Assembly (NCBI GenBank): GCA_030649345.1
Contig: JAUSKK010000016.1
Location: 4,541-68,540, forward strand
Direction of reading: 5' to 3'
DNA: 64,000 nucleotides
DNA from: Candidatus Iainarchaeum sp.
GTDB taxonomy: Archaea; Iainarchaeota; Iainarchaeia; Iainarchaeales; 0-14-0-20-34-12
The position numbers and the translations under genes were made by a program. Position 1 is the stretch's first letter. Every line of letters begins with the position of its first letter. Positions 18,263 to 27,993 of the stretch are shown in pieces. A model generated the notes under the pieces. That model was not told the origin of the DNA. It saw only the letters and a list, made by a program, of their open reading frames with translations, and made no database searches.

Positions 18263-18880
18263 TTAGATTTCAATAATCTTATCGCAGAATTCTGAAATGT
18301 ATTCCGCCAAGCTTTTTTTGTGTTCTTTAGCCAGCAACACTATTGAATTGGCTTCATGAATTCTGGATTTGGAAATCAGACTGTGCACAAATTTTTCGAC
18401 AGTATCGTGCTGGTTGTATACCAATAAAGTACTGGCTGAATCCAATAACACAAACTTTTTGCCTTTTAATTCTTTTAAAATATTTTCTGTTAAAACACTA
18501 ATTTCTGTCAATTCTTTTGGAGAGTCCACAAAATAAAAATTTTCTTTGCTGGATTTTTGTCCGCCGCTTTGCATGGTAATTCCATCCAAGAAAACAAGCT
18601 GGTTGGTGTCAATTCCTTGTGCTTTAATTTTTTCTTCCAATATTTGGGCTGGCATGTTAACTGTAATATAAACACCCCAATATTTTTTTTGAATTAAATA
18701 TTTGATAATTCCTGCAATCACTTGATTGTGGCTGGATAAGTTTTCAATAACCAAAACTTGAAAATCTGGATCCAATCCTTCCAGTTCGCGCTGAAAGATC
18801 AACGAAATTTTACGGCTTTCCAACAATAATTCTTCCAGTTCATTTTGAGGTAAAGTAGTTTCAGACATATGAGTGTTCAA
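18263..18880 (-). CDS. KaiC/RecA-superfamily-like protein lacking a Walker A motif (degenerate paralog)
   Basis: No GxxxxGK[ST]. Fold-level resemblance to the adjacent KaiC-like protein (VLLDSAS and VLLAKEH blocks). Confidence 0.3.
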   Translation of the reverse strand: MNTHMSETTLPQNELEELLLESRKISLIFQRELEGLDPDFQVLVIENLSSHNQVIAGIIKYLIQKKYWGVYITVNMPAQILEEKIKAQGIDTNQLVFLDGITMQSGGQKSSKENFYFVDSPKELTEISVLTENILKELKGKKFVLLDSASTLLVYNQHDTVEKFVHSLISKSRIHEANSIVLLAKEHKKSLAEYISEFCDKIIEI

Positions 18881-18973
18881 AATATACTGTAAGTATAATG
18901 CAGTCTGGCTTTATTTTATTTTGGTTTATTTGCTTGTTTTGCAAGCTGTTTCAGCGTTGTTTCCATGTCTGTA

Positions 18974-19708
18974 TCATTTCACGTCTTCAAATAATTGCTG
19001 CCCTGCTAAAATATGAACTCCTTCTCGGTCAATGCGTACTGGATGCAAATTTTCGCTGATTTTGGTGTTTCTCATTTTAAGAATTCCTGTGCCGCGAATG
19101 AATTTTTCCTGGAGTTTAGTGTGGTACATTAAAATGACTCCATCCGCTACATATTCTTCCAATCCAAACAAAGAACTGGAATTATCTAAAGAAATTTCAT
19201 TCGTAATAATACTGGTAACATTCAATCGTTTCAGCATTCTTCCCAAACTCAAAATTCGCTTTCTGGCATCCAGTTCTTTTTCAAAATACAATCGAAAAAT
19301 TACGCCTGGATCAATAATGACTCGTTTGGCTCCTAATTTTTCAGTTAAAGTTTCAATCGTATTCCTGAGTTTGTCAAAATCGTACAATTCAATGTTTTCA
19401 ATTTCTAACATTCCCTTGTCCATTTGTTCTCTTAAATTCCATCCAAAATAGGAAGCCATATTCACAAGTTCATCTACTTCTTCTTCTAAAGAAATATACA
19501 CTCCTGGCTCATTATGGTATTTGGCTCCATAATACAAGTATTGCATGCATAGCACTGTTTTGCCTGAACCCGGATCTCCAGAGACAACTACTAAAGAACC
19601 TTTTGGAATTCCACCGTCCAATAATTCATCCAATCCAGGCACTCCGGATTTCACTCTTTCTGGAGTAGTTAAAACATTTTCCGTACTTGCGATTTTTTTT
19701 GCCGCCAT
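18974..19708 (-). CDS. KaiC-like RecA-superfamily ATPase (FlaH/RadB-like, single domain)
   Basis: GVPGLDELLDGGIPKGSLVVVSGDPGSGKT (Walker A). KaiC-type N-terminal G-x-P-G-x-D motif. Confidence 0.6.
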   Translation of the reverse strand: MAAKKIASTENVLTTPERVKSGVPGLDELLDGGIPKGSLVVVSGDPGSGKTVLCMQYLYYGAKYHNEPGVYISLEEEVDELVNMASYFGWNLREQMDKGMLEIENIELYDFDKLRNTIETLTEKLGAKRVIIDPGVIFRLYFEKELDARKRILSLGRMLKRLNVTSIITNEISLDNSSSLFGLEEYVADGVILMYHTKLQEKFIRGTGILKMRNTKISENLHPVRIDREGVHILAGQQLFEDVK

Positions 19709-19844
19709 TAAAATCTCCTGGATTTTAAAGTTTTTGAACTTGAAAATTTTGAAGTCATTAGGATATTAATTGGTTTATTCTATTAAAAGCTTTCTTTAGA
19801 AGAATAGAAAAAAATCAGATACTGAAAATAAAAAAAGTATAAAA

Positions 19845-20131
19845 GGCGTGGTTTTAACTTAAGCAGAATTCCGAAGAAATCTCTCGGCTAATTCTTGAAC
19901 AAGTCAAAAACTAACGCTTAAGTCCCCAACCACACCGAATACTTAGTGATCCAGTCAATTATTAACCGCTGTTCGTTCTAAATCCAAACAAGCTTAACTG
20001 GGTTAATTCGGAATCTGTACCTCAACCGCGGTGGCGCAACTTAAACCCAAGGTTTAAGTGCGCATTAAACCCTGTTGGTTTTAATTGCGGTTGGTGGCAC
20101 GCAGTGCTTCCGCATTGCTCCAGCACTGCTG
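19845..20131. ncRNA. candidate structured non-coding RNA (about 290 nt; SRP RNA-like or RNase P RNA-like size; family and strand unassigned)
   Basis: GC-rich island in an otherwise AT-rich 470-bp intergenic gap. Nested complementary segments (ggcgtggtt/aaccacacc, acttaagc/gcttaagt, agaatt/aattct, ccga/tcgg). A 13-bp hairpin gcgcaacttaaacc-caa-ggtttaagtgcgc. A 7-bp stem cagtgct/agcactg. T-rich flanks on both sides. Confidence 0.3.
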
Positions 20132-20180
20132 ATTAAGTTTTATTCATTTTTTATTCTTTTTCAATCTAAAACTCTGTTAT

Positions 20181-20759
20181 ATGTGGATTTTGGGTTTAAC
20201 TGGAAATATTGCTTCCGGCAAATCAACTGTTTTGCGTTTGTTTTCCAAATATTTTTCCGTCATTGATTCCGATCAAATTGTGAAAAAATTGTACGAAAAT
20301 TCGAAAATTCAAAAACAAATACTCCAAAAATTTGGTTTTACCTCAAAACCTAAATTAGCTGACTTAATTTTTTCAAATAAAACTGCGCGCAAACAATTGG
20401 AACAAATTGTACATCCCTTGGTTTTTAAAGAAATTCAAAAACAATTGCAAACTTTTCGAAAACAAAAAAAAGTATTCTTGGTTGTAGTAGATGTTCCTTT
20501 GTTGTTTGAAACAAAGTTTGAAAAAAAATGCACTTGGACTTTAGTGGTGGCTTCAACACGTAAACTTCAAATTCAGCGTTTGCAAAAACAAGGTTATTCC
20601 AAACAAGAAGCTTTGCAGAGAATGCAAGCTCAAAAAAAGCAAGAATGGAAACTCAATCAAACTGACTTTGTGGTGTGGAATACGAAATCCAAGAAAGTTT
20701 TGGCAACCGAAGTAAATAAATGGATTTCATTCTTTATAGGTTTATATTATGTCTGTTAA
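20181..20759 (+). CDS. coaE: dephospho-CoA kinase, bacterial type
   Basis: N-terminal P-loop ILGLTGNIASGKST. Confidence 0.7.
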   Translation: MWILGLTGNIASGKSTVLRLFSKYFSVIDSDQIVKKLYENSKIQKQILQKFGFTSKPKLADLIFSNKTARKQLEQIVHPLVFKEIQKQLQTFRKQKKVFLVVVDVPLLFETKFEKKCTWTLVVASTRKLQIQRLQKQGYSKQEALQRMQAQKKQEWKLNQTDFVVWNTKSKKVLATEVNKWISFFIGLYYVC

Positions 20760-21243
20760 ACGAATTGCAGTTTACCCAGGAACTTTTGATCCCATTACTT
20801 TAGGGCACTTGGATGTCATTGACCGGGCTTTAAAAATGTTTGACCTTGTCATTGTTGCAGTCACAGACAATTCTGAAAAAAAATCCTTTTTTTCTATTCA
20901 AGAACGTTTGCAGTTGGTTTCCAAAGTTTGCAAAAATAGACCGCGAATTAAAGTCGAATTTTTTTCCGGATTATTGGTAGATTTTATGAAACAAAAACAA
21001 GCCCAAATTATTGTTCGCGGTTTGCGTGAATTGTCTGATTTTGAATTTGAATTCCAGCAAGCTGTCATGAACCGGAAAATGAATCCTGTTTTAGACACTG
21101 TTTTTGTAATGACGGATCCTAAATATTTTTATGTAAGTTCAAGTATGGTTCGGCAAATTGCATTTTTGCACGGCAATATCAATATGTTTGTGCCTAAACT
21201 TGTAAATTTAGCCATTCAAAGAAAGCTTAAAGCCAAAATTTAG
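20749..21243 (+). CDS. coaD: phosphopantetheine adenylyltransferase, bacterial type
   Basis: YPGTFDPITLGHLD nucleotidyltransferase motif. About 160 aa. Overlaps coaE by 11 nt. Confidence 0.75.
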   Translation: MSVKRIAVYPGTFDPITLGHLDVIDRALKMFDLVIVAVTDNSEKKSFFSIQERLQLVSKVCKNRPRIKVEFFSGLLVDFMKQKQAQIIVRGLRELSDFEFEFQQAVMNRKMNPVLDTVFVMTDPKYFYVSSSMVRQIAFLHGNINMFVPKLVNLAIQRKLKAKI

Positions 21244-21357
21244 GTTTTTTAACCCGCAAAGTATTTATATTAAACGGCATTTTATCTATGTTACCAGTGT
21301 ATTCTGGTTATTTGGACATTTGTCCAGCACACAGTTTTTTTCGTGAGGTGAAAATAA

Positions 21358-21801
21358 ATGAATAATAAAGGACAGTCAGCATTAGAGTATTTGATGACTT
21401 ATGGATGGGCTTTGATTGTAATCGCAATTGTAGTAGGAGTATTAATTGTAATTTCCAGCAGTTCAACCGCAGGTGTTGTTTGCCAGCCCCAAAGCACAGA
21501 CTTAGGAGTTCAAACAGCTTCAGTTACCAGAGATCGAGTGCAATTATCTTTGCAAAACAGAACCGGTGTACGAATCACCAGTGTTGCTGTAGCTGATTTC
21601 GGAGACTTTTCTCCTGTTACAGACTTAACAGCCAGTGCAGCCACAGTGGATGCAGGAATTAATTTTTCTATTGATTCAGGAGCTAACGATGGCCCCGGAG
21701 CTTTAGGAAGATTTACCAACGGTGTCATTCGAGTTACGTACACTAAAACAGGCTTGACAGGCGCCAGCGACACAAACATTGTTTGTTCTGGAACTTTGTA
21801 A
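21358..21801 (+). CDS. archaeal type IV pilin-like protein (class III signal peptide)
   Basis: MNNKG|QSALEYLMTYGWALIVIAIVVGVLIV, a canonical prepilin-peptidase (PibD/FlaK-type) site. Confidence 0.6.
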   Translation: MNNKGQSALEYLMTYGWALIVIAIVVGVLIVISSSSTAGVVCQPQSTDLGVQTASVTRDRVQLSLQNRTGVRITSVAVADFGDFSPVTDLTASAATVDAGINFSIDSGANDGPGALGRFTNGVIRVTYTKTGLTGASDTNIVCSGTL

Positions 21802-21859
21802 ATAAATTAGTCATCTAGATTTCGGAATGGATTGTTCCATTTCGAATCTTTTTCTTTTT

Positions 21860-22321
21860 TTATTCTTCTCTTAATTTTCCAAACTTTTGAGCAACCAAAT
21901 AAATAAAGGCTGTTTTTCTTTTTCCAGTCAAACTAGGAAAATTAGTTTGTTTTAATAATTTTCGAAAAAGTCCTTGAATGCGCAGACTGTTTTCAACAAA
22001 AAGTGTTTCTGAATTTGCTTTTATGACAGTTTGAATAACTTCATGAATTTGCAAACGAGTGTGCGTATCTGAAATTCCTAAAGCATCCAAAGCATATTTG
22101 GTGCTAACCCGTGCAGTTAATTGCTGAATTTTGAGTCTTTGAGCATGCAGACCGCTCCATGCTCTGGCATGAACGGCTAATTCAATGGGTACGACATGAT
22201 CTTGTTTTTGTCCTTGTTCAAATGCTTGAATTCCTTTTCTTCTAATTATCTTTTTCAAATTCTTAGCATGTTTTCCTTTTGGTTGTAATATTCCATGGAT
22301 TCGTGTTTTAATTTTTAACAA
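21860..22321 (-). CDS. hypothetical protein
   Basis: ORF track. No motif recognised. Confidence 0.35.
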   Translation of the reverse strand: MLKIKTRIHGILQPKGKHAKNLKKIIRRKGIQAFEQGQKQDHVVPIELAVHARAWSGLHAQRLKIQQLTARVSTKYALDALGISDTHTRLQIHEVIQTVIKANSETLFVENSLRIQGLFRKLLKQTNFPSLTGKRKTAFIYLVAQKFGKLREE

Positions 22322-22333
22322 AGCATATCCCTC

Positions 22334-23362
22334 TTAAAATAAGCCGCCGACTCCGCCAATCATGCTTGCCAAAGTATTTTTGACTATAAAAAATAAGACA
22401 ATAGCTACAATTAAAATCATTGGAATTAATTTAATGCCTGCTTTTTCTTTTCCGTTTTGAATAATTCCTATAGTAAAACTGGCCGAGAATGCAGTGACAA
22501 TTAATGCAATTAAAGAAAACAATTGAATAAAATCCGGGCTAATTTGAGTTCTGGAAGCTCCCACAAATGAACTCAGCCCGCTTAAAGGCCCTAAATTTCC
22601 GGAAGGCATATCTTTCAAAGAACTTAAAGTTCCAGAAGTAGCCATTAATTGTTCACTGACTGTTCCTACAATTACTGTAGAAATTCCAAACAAAATAGGG
22701 GCTCCCAAAGCTGAAGTAATGAAAATCATTCCAACATACATACTAATATTGGCTTGAATTTCTTTCTGCAATGCATTCTCTTCTCGTAAATCATTTCCTA
22801 ACTGCAAAAGCAAATCTGCAATCTGAGCACCATTTTTGATTCCTTCTACCAATAATTTTAATGTCCGTTCTAAAACAGGCGAGCGAATGGTTGTTGAAAT
22901 TTCACTTAAAGCCTGCGTTGTCTTTTCTCCAGCCAAAATTTTTCTTCCAGCAGTTTTTAATTCTTCAGCAAATCCGCCGAATTCACTTCGAGCAGAAACA
23001 AACAAGGCTTTTTCTGTAGTCATTCCAGACTTAATATTGCTGGCCACCAATTGCAAAGCATCCGGCAATACACTTTCTGTAAATTTAGCTCTTTTTTCTG
23101 CTTTGGAATCCAACAAATACCATTGCAATCCAAGTCCCAATAAAAATCCAACGAATAATCCAAGAAATGCAGCCAGTATGCTTTGAAAAATAATTCCAGA
23201 AACAATACATCCAATGACTGCAAGAATTCCTGCTCGAATCATCCATTGTCCAGCTAAAGCTCTCCGATCTTTTTGAATGCCGGCATAAATGGATGTAGTG
23301 TAAATCCAGTTTTCAATTTTTTCTGGAACCAATGATCCTAAACGTAAATATAGTTCGCTCAT
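22334..23362 (-). CDS. type II secretion system F-domain (FlaJ/TadC-like) polytopic membrane protein, second half
   Basis: Multiple TM helices bracketing a cytoplasmic helical domain. Lies immediately downstream of the other T2SF-like gene. Confidence 0.5.
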   Translation of the reverse strand: MSELYLRLGSLVPEKIENWIYTTSIYAGIQKDRRALAGQWMIRAGILAVIGCIVSGIIFQSILAAFLGLFVGFLLGLGLQWYLLDSKAEKRAKFTESVLPDALQLVASNIKSGMTTEKALFVSARSEFGGFAEELKTAGRKILAGEKTTQALSEISTTIRSPVLERTLKLLVEGIKNGAQIADLLLQLGNDLREENALQKEIQANISMYVGMIFITSALGAPILFGISTVIVGTVSEQLMATSGTLSSLKDMPSGNLGPLSGLSSFVGASRTQISPDFIQLFSLIALIVTAFSASFTIGIIQNGKEKAGIKLIPMILIVAIVLFFIVKNTLASMIGGVGGLF

Positions 23363-23372
23363 AATGTATCCT

Positions 23373-24251
23373 TTACAGCAATGCCGGCCTTCTGGATTTC
23401 ATAATTCCAATAAAAAAATAATTCATGATAATCACTCCAGCCAGCAGTCCCCAGAAAAATATTTCTGTAATCTGAATTTGCGGAATACTTCCCAATACAA
23501 TCAAAAAAGTTAAACCCAATGCAGGCAAAATAACTCCAATCATCATGTAAATTAAGGAATCCAACCGTAATTGTGACCCATATTTTCGAATATCAATTAA
23601 TTGATCGCGAACCATGCTATTCAAGGATTCCTGCAATACATATGAAATTTCAGCTCCGCCTTTAATTCCATTAATAATCTGCCAAATTACTTTCCGCAAA
23701 GAAGGCGAAGGATTATCTAAAGCCATTTCTTGCAAGGCATCGTCTTGATGAATTCCTGAATTAATTTTTTGAACAGTTTTCTTAAACTCTTGGCTTAATA
23801 CGCCGTATTCTTCTTCAGCTACAATATTCATGGCTTGAAACAAGCCTACTCCAGATTTAACTTGAATTAACAAAGTTCGGACTGCATAAATTAAATTTTG
23901 TTCAATTTCCCGAACTTTTCGTTTAATCAAAATTTTTGGAAAAAACACAACCTGAATTCCGACCAATAATCCTAAAAGTATCCCTGCAAAAATTCCCAAA
24001 AACCAAAACATACTTCCTGTAAACAAAAGTACTCCAGTAAACACTACTGCAAACACGCTTGCGTAGACTGCAAACAATGAACTGGCAATTCCTAAATACG
24101 TTTGAGTAGAATAATTAATTCCTGCTTGTTCTAATTCAATTTTTAAGTTTGGAAATCCTTTTTCTAAACCAGCACCTATATCCATCCAAGGTTTATCCAT
24201 TTTTTCTATTTGTATTTCTGTCCAAAAATTAAACGGTATTTTGATGGTCAT
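23373..24251 (-). CDS. type II secretion system F-domain (FlaJ/TadB-like) membrane protein, first half
   Basis: TM helices plus a soluble domain. 10-nt gap to the next gene. Confidence 0.5.
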   Translation of the reverse strand: MTIKIPFNFWTEIQIEKMDKPWMDIGAGLEKGFPNLKIELEQAGINYSTQTYLGIASSLFAVYASVFAVVFTGVLLFTGSMFWFLGIFAGILLGLLVGIQVVFFPKILIKRKVREIEQNLIYAVRTLLIQVKSGVGLFQAMNIVAEEEYGVLSQEFKKTVQKINSGIHQDDALQEMALDNPSPSLRKVIWQIINGIKGGAEISYVLQESLNSMVRDQLIDIRKYGSQLRLDSLIYMMIGVILPALGLTFLIVLGSIPQIQITEIFFWGLLAGVIIMNYFFIGIMKSRRPALL

Positions 24252-24364
24252 TTAAAACTCCTCCAAGAGTTTTAAAAATTTCAAAATCCCTGATTTTGAA
24301 TTCATTTAAAATTCCCCTGAACTTTAAAATCGTTTAAATTTCTCAAATTTAAAATCATTTAAAA

Positions 24365-25897
24365 TTACACCGACGCCTTGTCTTCGAATTCAAATTTTTT
24401 GTTCTGAGAAGCCATTTCTACAATTTGGCTTTTATCTGAATAATAACTGGCAATAATTCTCCCGACTTGATTTACGCCTGTAACTTTTTGTTGAATCATC
24501 CAATTCAAGACTTTTTGTTTTTCATTCATTTCTTGATCAATTTCTGCTTTGGTTAAACCAGTATGCAATCCCAATTCATCGTAGAATCGAATGCTTTCAT
24601 TGTTTTTGTCAACTTCATCTTTCACTGGCTTCCACCGGAATAAAGTATTGGTTTTCAAGCCTTGCTCTGTAGCCGCTCTTTTTTCTGGAATAAATTCAGC
24701 CACTTGCAATACTCTTCGTGCTCCCAATCTTCTGTTTCTAAACATTACTACATTCAAATTCACAGCCTCCAACAAACTGATAGGAACACCAATTGGTGGA
24801 TTGGTTAACCGAGTTATTGTTTCATCGGCTGTATTGGCATGCACTGTAGTATAAACTGCATGTCCTGTGTGCATGGCTTCAAACATTACTTCAGCTTCTC
24901 GTTTTCTTCGCACTTCTCCGACAATAATTCTGTCTGGCCGCATACGCAAACTATTAACCAATAAGTCAATCATTTCAACAGCTCCTTTTCCTTCTGAATT
25001 GGGTTCTCGGGTTGTCATTGGCACCCAATGCATAAAGTCAGGCAAAATTAATTCACGGGTATCTTCAATGGATAATACTCGGTGGTTGGGTTGAATGAAC
25101 GGCAAGCAAGCACCCAAAATAGTTGTTTTTCCGCTGGCTGTTCCTCCGCTGAACAAAACATTTAATTCGTATTCAAAAGCTTCCCATAACAAAGCTACCA
25201 CATCAGGTGTTAAGGTTCCATTTTGAATTAAATCCAAAACAGTCCAAGGGTCTCTTCGAAATCTTCGGATGGTAATCGTGTTTCCTTTTCCGCTGATCGG
25301 AAACAAAGTTGCATTGGCACGATCTCCACTTAACAAATGGGCATCCAGTAAAGGACTTAATACTGTAATTTGTTTTCCGATTCTTCGAGCAATAATGTTG
25401 GCATAATTTTCAATTTCTTCTTCCGGCTGAATTAAAATATTGGTTTTCAGCCAGCCGTGTTTTTTATGATATACCCAAATAGGTTCATGGGAATGATTGA
25501 TTACAATTTCTTCTAAATTGGCATCGTTTAATAAAATTTCAATTGACCCCAAGCCCATCATTTCATTAACCAAGAAAGACAAGATCATGGATTTTTCGCT
25601 TACATTCATGCCGGGAAATTCTTTGCTGATCATTTTTTCTGCGCGTTCAATTAGTTTGCTTTTGGTTTCCTCTAAAAATCTAGGGTCTGCAATTTTTTCC
25701 AAAGCAATTCCAATGCCTGCAATCAATTCATGTTTCAGTTTTTTCAACAATGCTTGTGTTCCAATTCCAAACTCAGGCAAACCTGCATTGTATTCCAAAA
25801 CATATAATTCAGGTTTTCGAACAATATTGATTTCGATCGGGCTTTTTCCCAATTGAATTGAATAACTTTCTACAATTTTTTCTTTCAAAGAATTCAC
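24365..25897 (-). CDS. FlaI/PilB/GspE-family secretion ATPase (archaeal type IV pilus or archaellum assembly ATPase)
   Basis: Walker A LFSGGTASGKTT. Asp/His boxes (RIIVGEVR and MHTGHAVYTTVHAN). Confidence 0.75.
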   Translation of the reverse strand: MNSLKEKIVESYSIQLGKSPIEINIVRKPELYVLEYNAGLPEFGIGTQALLKKLKHELIAGIGIALEKIADPRFLEETKSKLIERAEKMISKEFPGMNVSEKSMILSFLVNEMMGLGSIEILLNDANLEEIVINHSHEPIWVYHKKHGWLKTNILIQPEEEIENYANIIARRIGKQITVLSPLLDAHLLSGDRANATLFPISGKGNTITIRRFRRDPWTVLDLIQNGTLTPDVVALLWEAFEYELNVLFSGGTASGKTTILGACLPFIQPNHRVLSIEDTRELILPDFMHWVPMTTREPNSEGKGAVEMIDLLVNSLRMRPDRIIVGEVRRKREAEVMFEAMHTGHAVYTTVHANTADETITRLTNPPIGVPISLLEAVNLNVVMFRNRRLGARRVLQVAEFIPEKRAATEQGLKTNTLFRWKPVKDEVDKNNESIRFYDELGLHTGLTKAEIDQEMNEKQKVLNWMIQQKVTGVNQVGRIIASYYSDKSQIVEMASQNKKFEFEDKASV

Positions 25898-27021
25898 TTC
25901 CTATTCTTAGATGTATTAATGGATTTTGGGTTTAATTTACTTTTCTTTTGGTATTCAATCGACCAATATTCGATTTCCCCTAAAGGCGGGTAATGGATGG
26001 CCAAAAGCATGTTTTGTTCTAAAATTTCAGCATACTCCCGCACACTCTGCAAGGACTCATTCAATTTTTTGGCTGCTTCTTTTTCACTCGTTTTTTCCTG
26101 CTGGTTTACATAATCCAATAATTGATCTAACTGGGTTAACACTTTATGTTTTTGAATTTCTTTTAATATATAAACAACCTTTTCTTTGTTGTCCAACTTT
26201 TTGAGTGTTTGTTCGTGTTCGGTTTGAATTAATTCCAATAAGCTTTGATAATCTTGTACAATTTTTTGCACACCCAGCTTTTGAACATCGTGTTCAATTT
26301 CTGCACTGGTGATTCCATATTTTTTTGCAAGTTTTTCCAATTTTTCTTGTAGAATCTGCAATTTTTCTGGATTGATTTGCTGCTGTACTGCTCGAAGTCC
26401 GTTGATCCATTCCATGGATGGTTTGGATACTGCTGACGCAGGTTGTTTTTCGTTTTCCGTGCTTTCTTTTTTTTGTTTTTTTTCTATCCAAATTCTTTTT
26501 TCTGCAGTAATTTTAGCTAATTCCAATCGCAAATCATAAAATCGGTCCCGAAATTCTTTTTCAGAAATTCTGCGTTTATAAAAATTGATTTCAGTTTCTT
26601 TCAATAACTTTCGTATTTCTTCTTCCCGAATTTCCAATTCCCTTATTTTATCTTCTATATTTTGTTCTGCTTGAATAAATTTTTTTTCTGGAATTTGAAT
26701 TAATGCAATTTGTGGTTTAATTTTTTCATCCAATTCTTGTTTGATTTTTTCCAAATACTCTGGAGAATAGATTACATTTACTGTTTGAATGGGACTGTTT
26801 CCTCCTTTTTTAGCTTGCACTTTTTTTTCTACAATTTTAATTCCAGCAATTTTGTTTTGGAGTTTTTCTTTCAGTTCAAAATCTTTGGCACGGGCTTGAT
26901 TTTTGGACTCTTTTTCCAAAATAATATCCAATGATCTTTGCCAGCGTTTTTTCCAGCCTTCCATGGCTGCTTGGGCATGTTTTTGGGTGTTTCCAAACCA
27001 ACCGTGTTTTCCATTTTTCAT
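25894..27021 (-). CDS. coiled-coil protein (Lys/Glu/Gln-rich), pilus-locus associated
   Basis: Heptad-rich low-complexity sequence. 4-nt overlap with the ATPase gene start. Confidence 0.45.
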   Translation of the reverse strand: MKNGKHGWFGNTQKHAQAAMEGWKKRWQRSLDIILEKESKNQARAKDFELKEKLQNKIAGIKIVEKKVQAKKGGNSPIQTVNVIYSPEYLEKIKQELDEKIKPQIALIQIPEKKFIQAEQNIEDKIRELEIREEEIRKLLKETEINFYKRRISEKEFRDRFYDLRLELAKITAEKRIWIEKKQKKESTENEKQPASAVSKPSMEWINGLRAVQQQINPEKLQILQEKLEKLAKKYGITSAEIEHDVQKLGVQKIVQDYQSLLELIQTEHEQTLKKLDNKEKVVYILKEIQKHKVLTQLDQLLDYVNQQEKTSEKEAAKKLNESLQSVREYAEILEQNMLLAIHYPPLGEIEYWSIEYQKKSKLNPKSINTSKNRK

Positions 27022-27126
27022 ATAAGACCTTTACTATTATTGATTTAGTATATTTCAGGATGTTGAATACTATTTAATGCAATAATGTATGTATCAATCA
27101 TACCTTTTATTTGTTCAACATCTTGA

Positions 27127-27993
27127 TTAGGTTTTTCTTTGCTTTAAAGAATCGCCTACTTGAATACTGTTTTTACTCCATTCAATTTCTGGAACATTTC
27201 CTGCACCAAAATCAACACTGGTTTCGATTTCAATGGGTACAGAATTTTCATTTTTAATTTCTAATTTTCCGTTAAGCCCTAAAGTAATCACTATATCATT
27301 GCCTGCGTTTCCGGATGTTTTAATTGTAATGGTGCTAACTTGATTGGGGTCTGCATTGTCTTCAATATAGCTGGTTTCCAAAATTTTACTGGAGTCCAAT
27401 ACCTTCAAGTCTATGAATATGCCTTTTGTACAGCTTCCAGTACATTCTTTTACATTGGTGCTTAAACTTTCATAGGACTGATTTTGTAAAGTAATTTGCA
27501 ATTGATATCCTTCAAAATTAATTGTTTTTGGATTGATTTGGAGTATGTTTTGATTTTTGGCTTTTTTTCCGGTTTGCAAAGGATGGCCATAATTTACATC
27601 GTATGGCTGAATGGTTAATTCATTTAAGCTTAAACTGGCTGTGTTCAAATTAATATCTAAATTGTCTTTGTGTTGTCCTGTAAATTTTGCGTAGGTTTCT
27701 AAATCCAAAGCATATTGTTGTTTCCCTTTTTTATCGGGCAATGTTTCTGTAAATGTAATTTTTCCACTTTCAATAATCCAACTGGTTCCTCCAATTTTTT
27801 GCAAAATTTCAGCAATATTATCGGAAATGTTTTCGTATTTGGCCTGCAGGTTTTCCATACCGGCCAATTCTTTAAATCCATTAGAATACAAATCATTGCT
27901 TTTTTGATATTCAATTCCGGCATTCAATAAAAAAAATCCCAGAATCAAAGCAACCATGCTTCCGATAAAGGCTTTATTGTTTTGAAAAATCAT
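27127..27993 (-). CDS. pilin-like protein with N-terminal hydrophobic segment
   Basis: MIFQNNKAFIGSMVALILGFFLL. Confidence 0.4.
   Translation of the reverse strand: MIFQNNKAFIGSMVALILGFFLLNAGIEYQKSNDLYSNGFKELAGMENLQAKYENISDNIAEILQKIGGTSWIIESGKITFTETLPDKKGKQQYALDLETYAKFTGQHKDNLDINLNTASLSLNELTIQPYDVNYGHPLQTGKKAKNQNILQINPKTINFEGYQLQITLQNQSYESLSTNVKECTGSCTKGIFIDLKVLDSSKILETSYIEDNADPNQVSTITIKTSGNAGNDIVITLGLNGKLEIKNENSVPIEIETSVDFGAGNVPEIEWSKNSIQVGDSLKQRKT

Noticed and set aside
19845-20131. tRNA gene(s) in the GC-rich intergenic island
   Set aside because: No cloverleaf with canonical D-loop and T-loop (GTTCRANYC) could be traced. The ttcggaatc segment has a loop one nucleotide too long.
19845-20131. 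Confident assignment as RNase P RNA or SRP RNA
   Set aside because: No clear CR-I (GGAAAGUCC) or P4 pairing, and no helix-8 GGAAG...AGCA order, on either strand. The region is kept only as an unclassified structured-RNA candidate.
24252-24364. Low-complexity TTTAAAAT-type repeats between the FlaJ-like and FlaI-like genes
   Set aside because: Their periodicity is irregular and they are AT-rich promoter or spacer-like. There is insufficient evidence for a defined repeat element.
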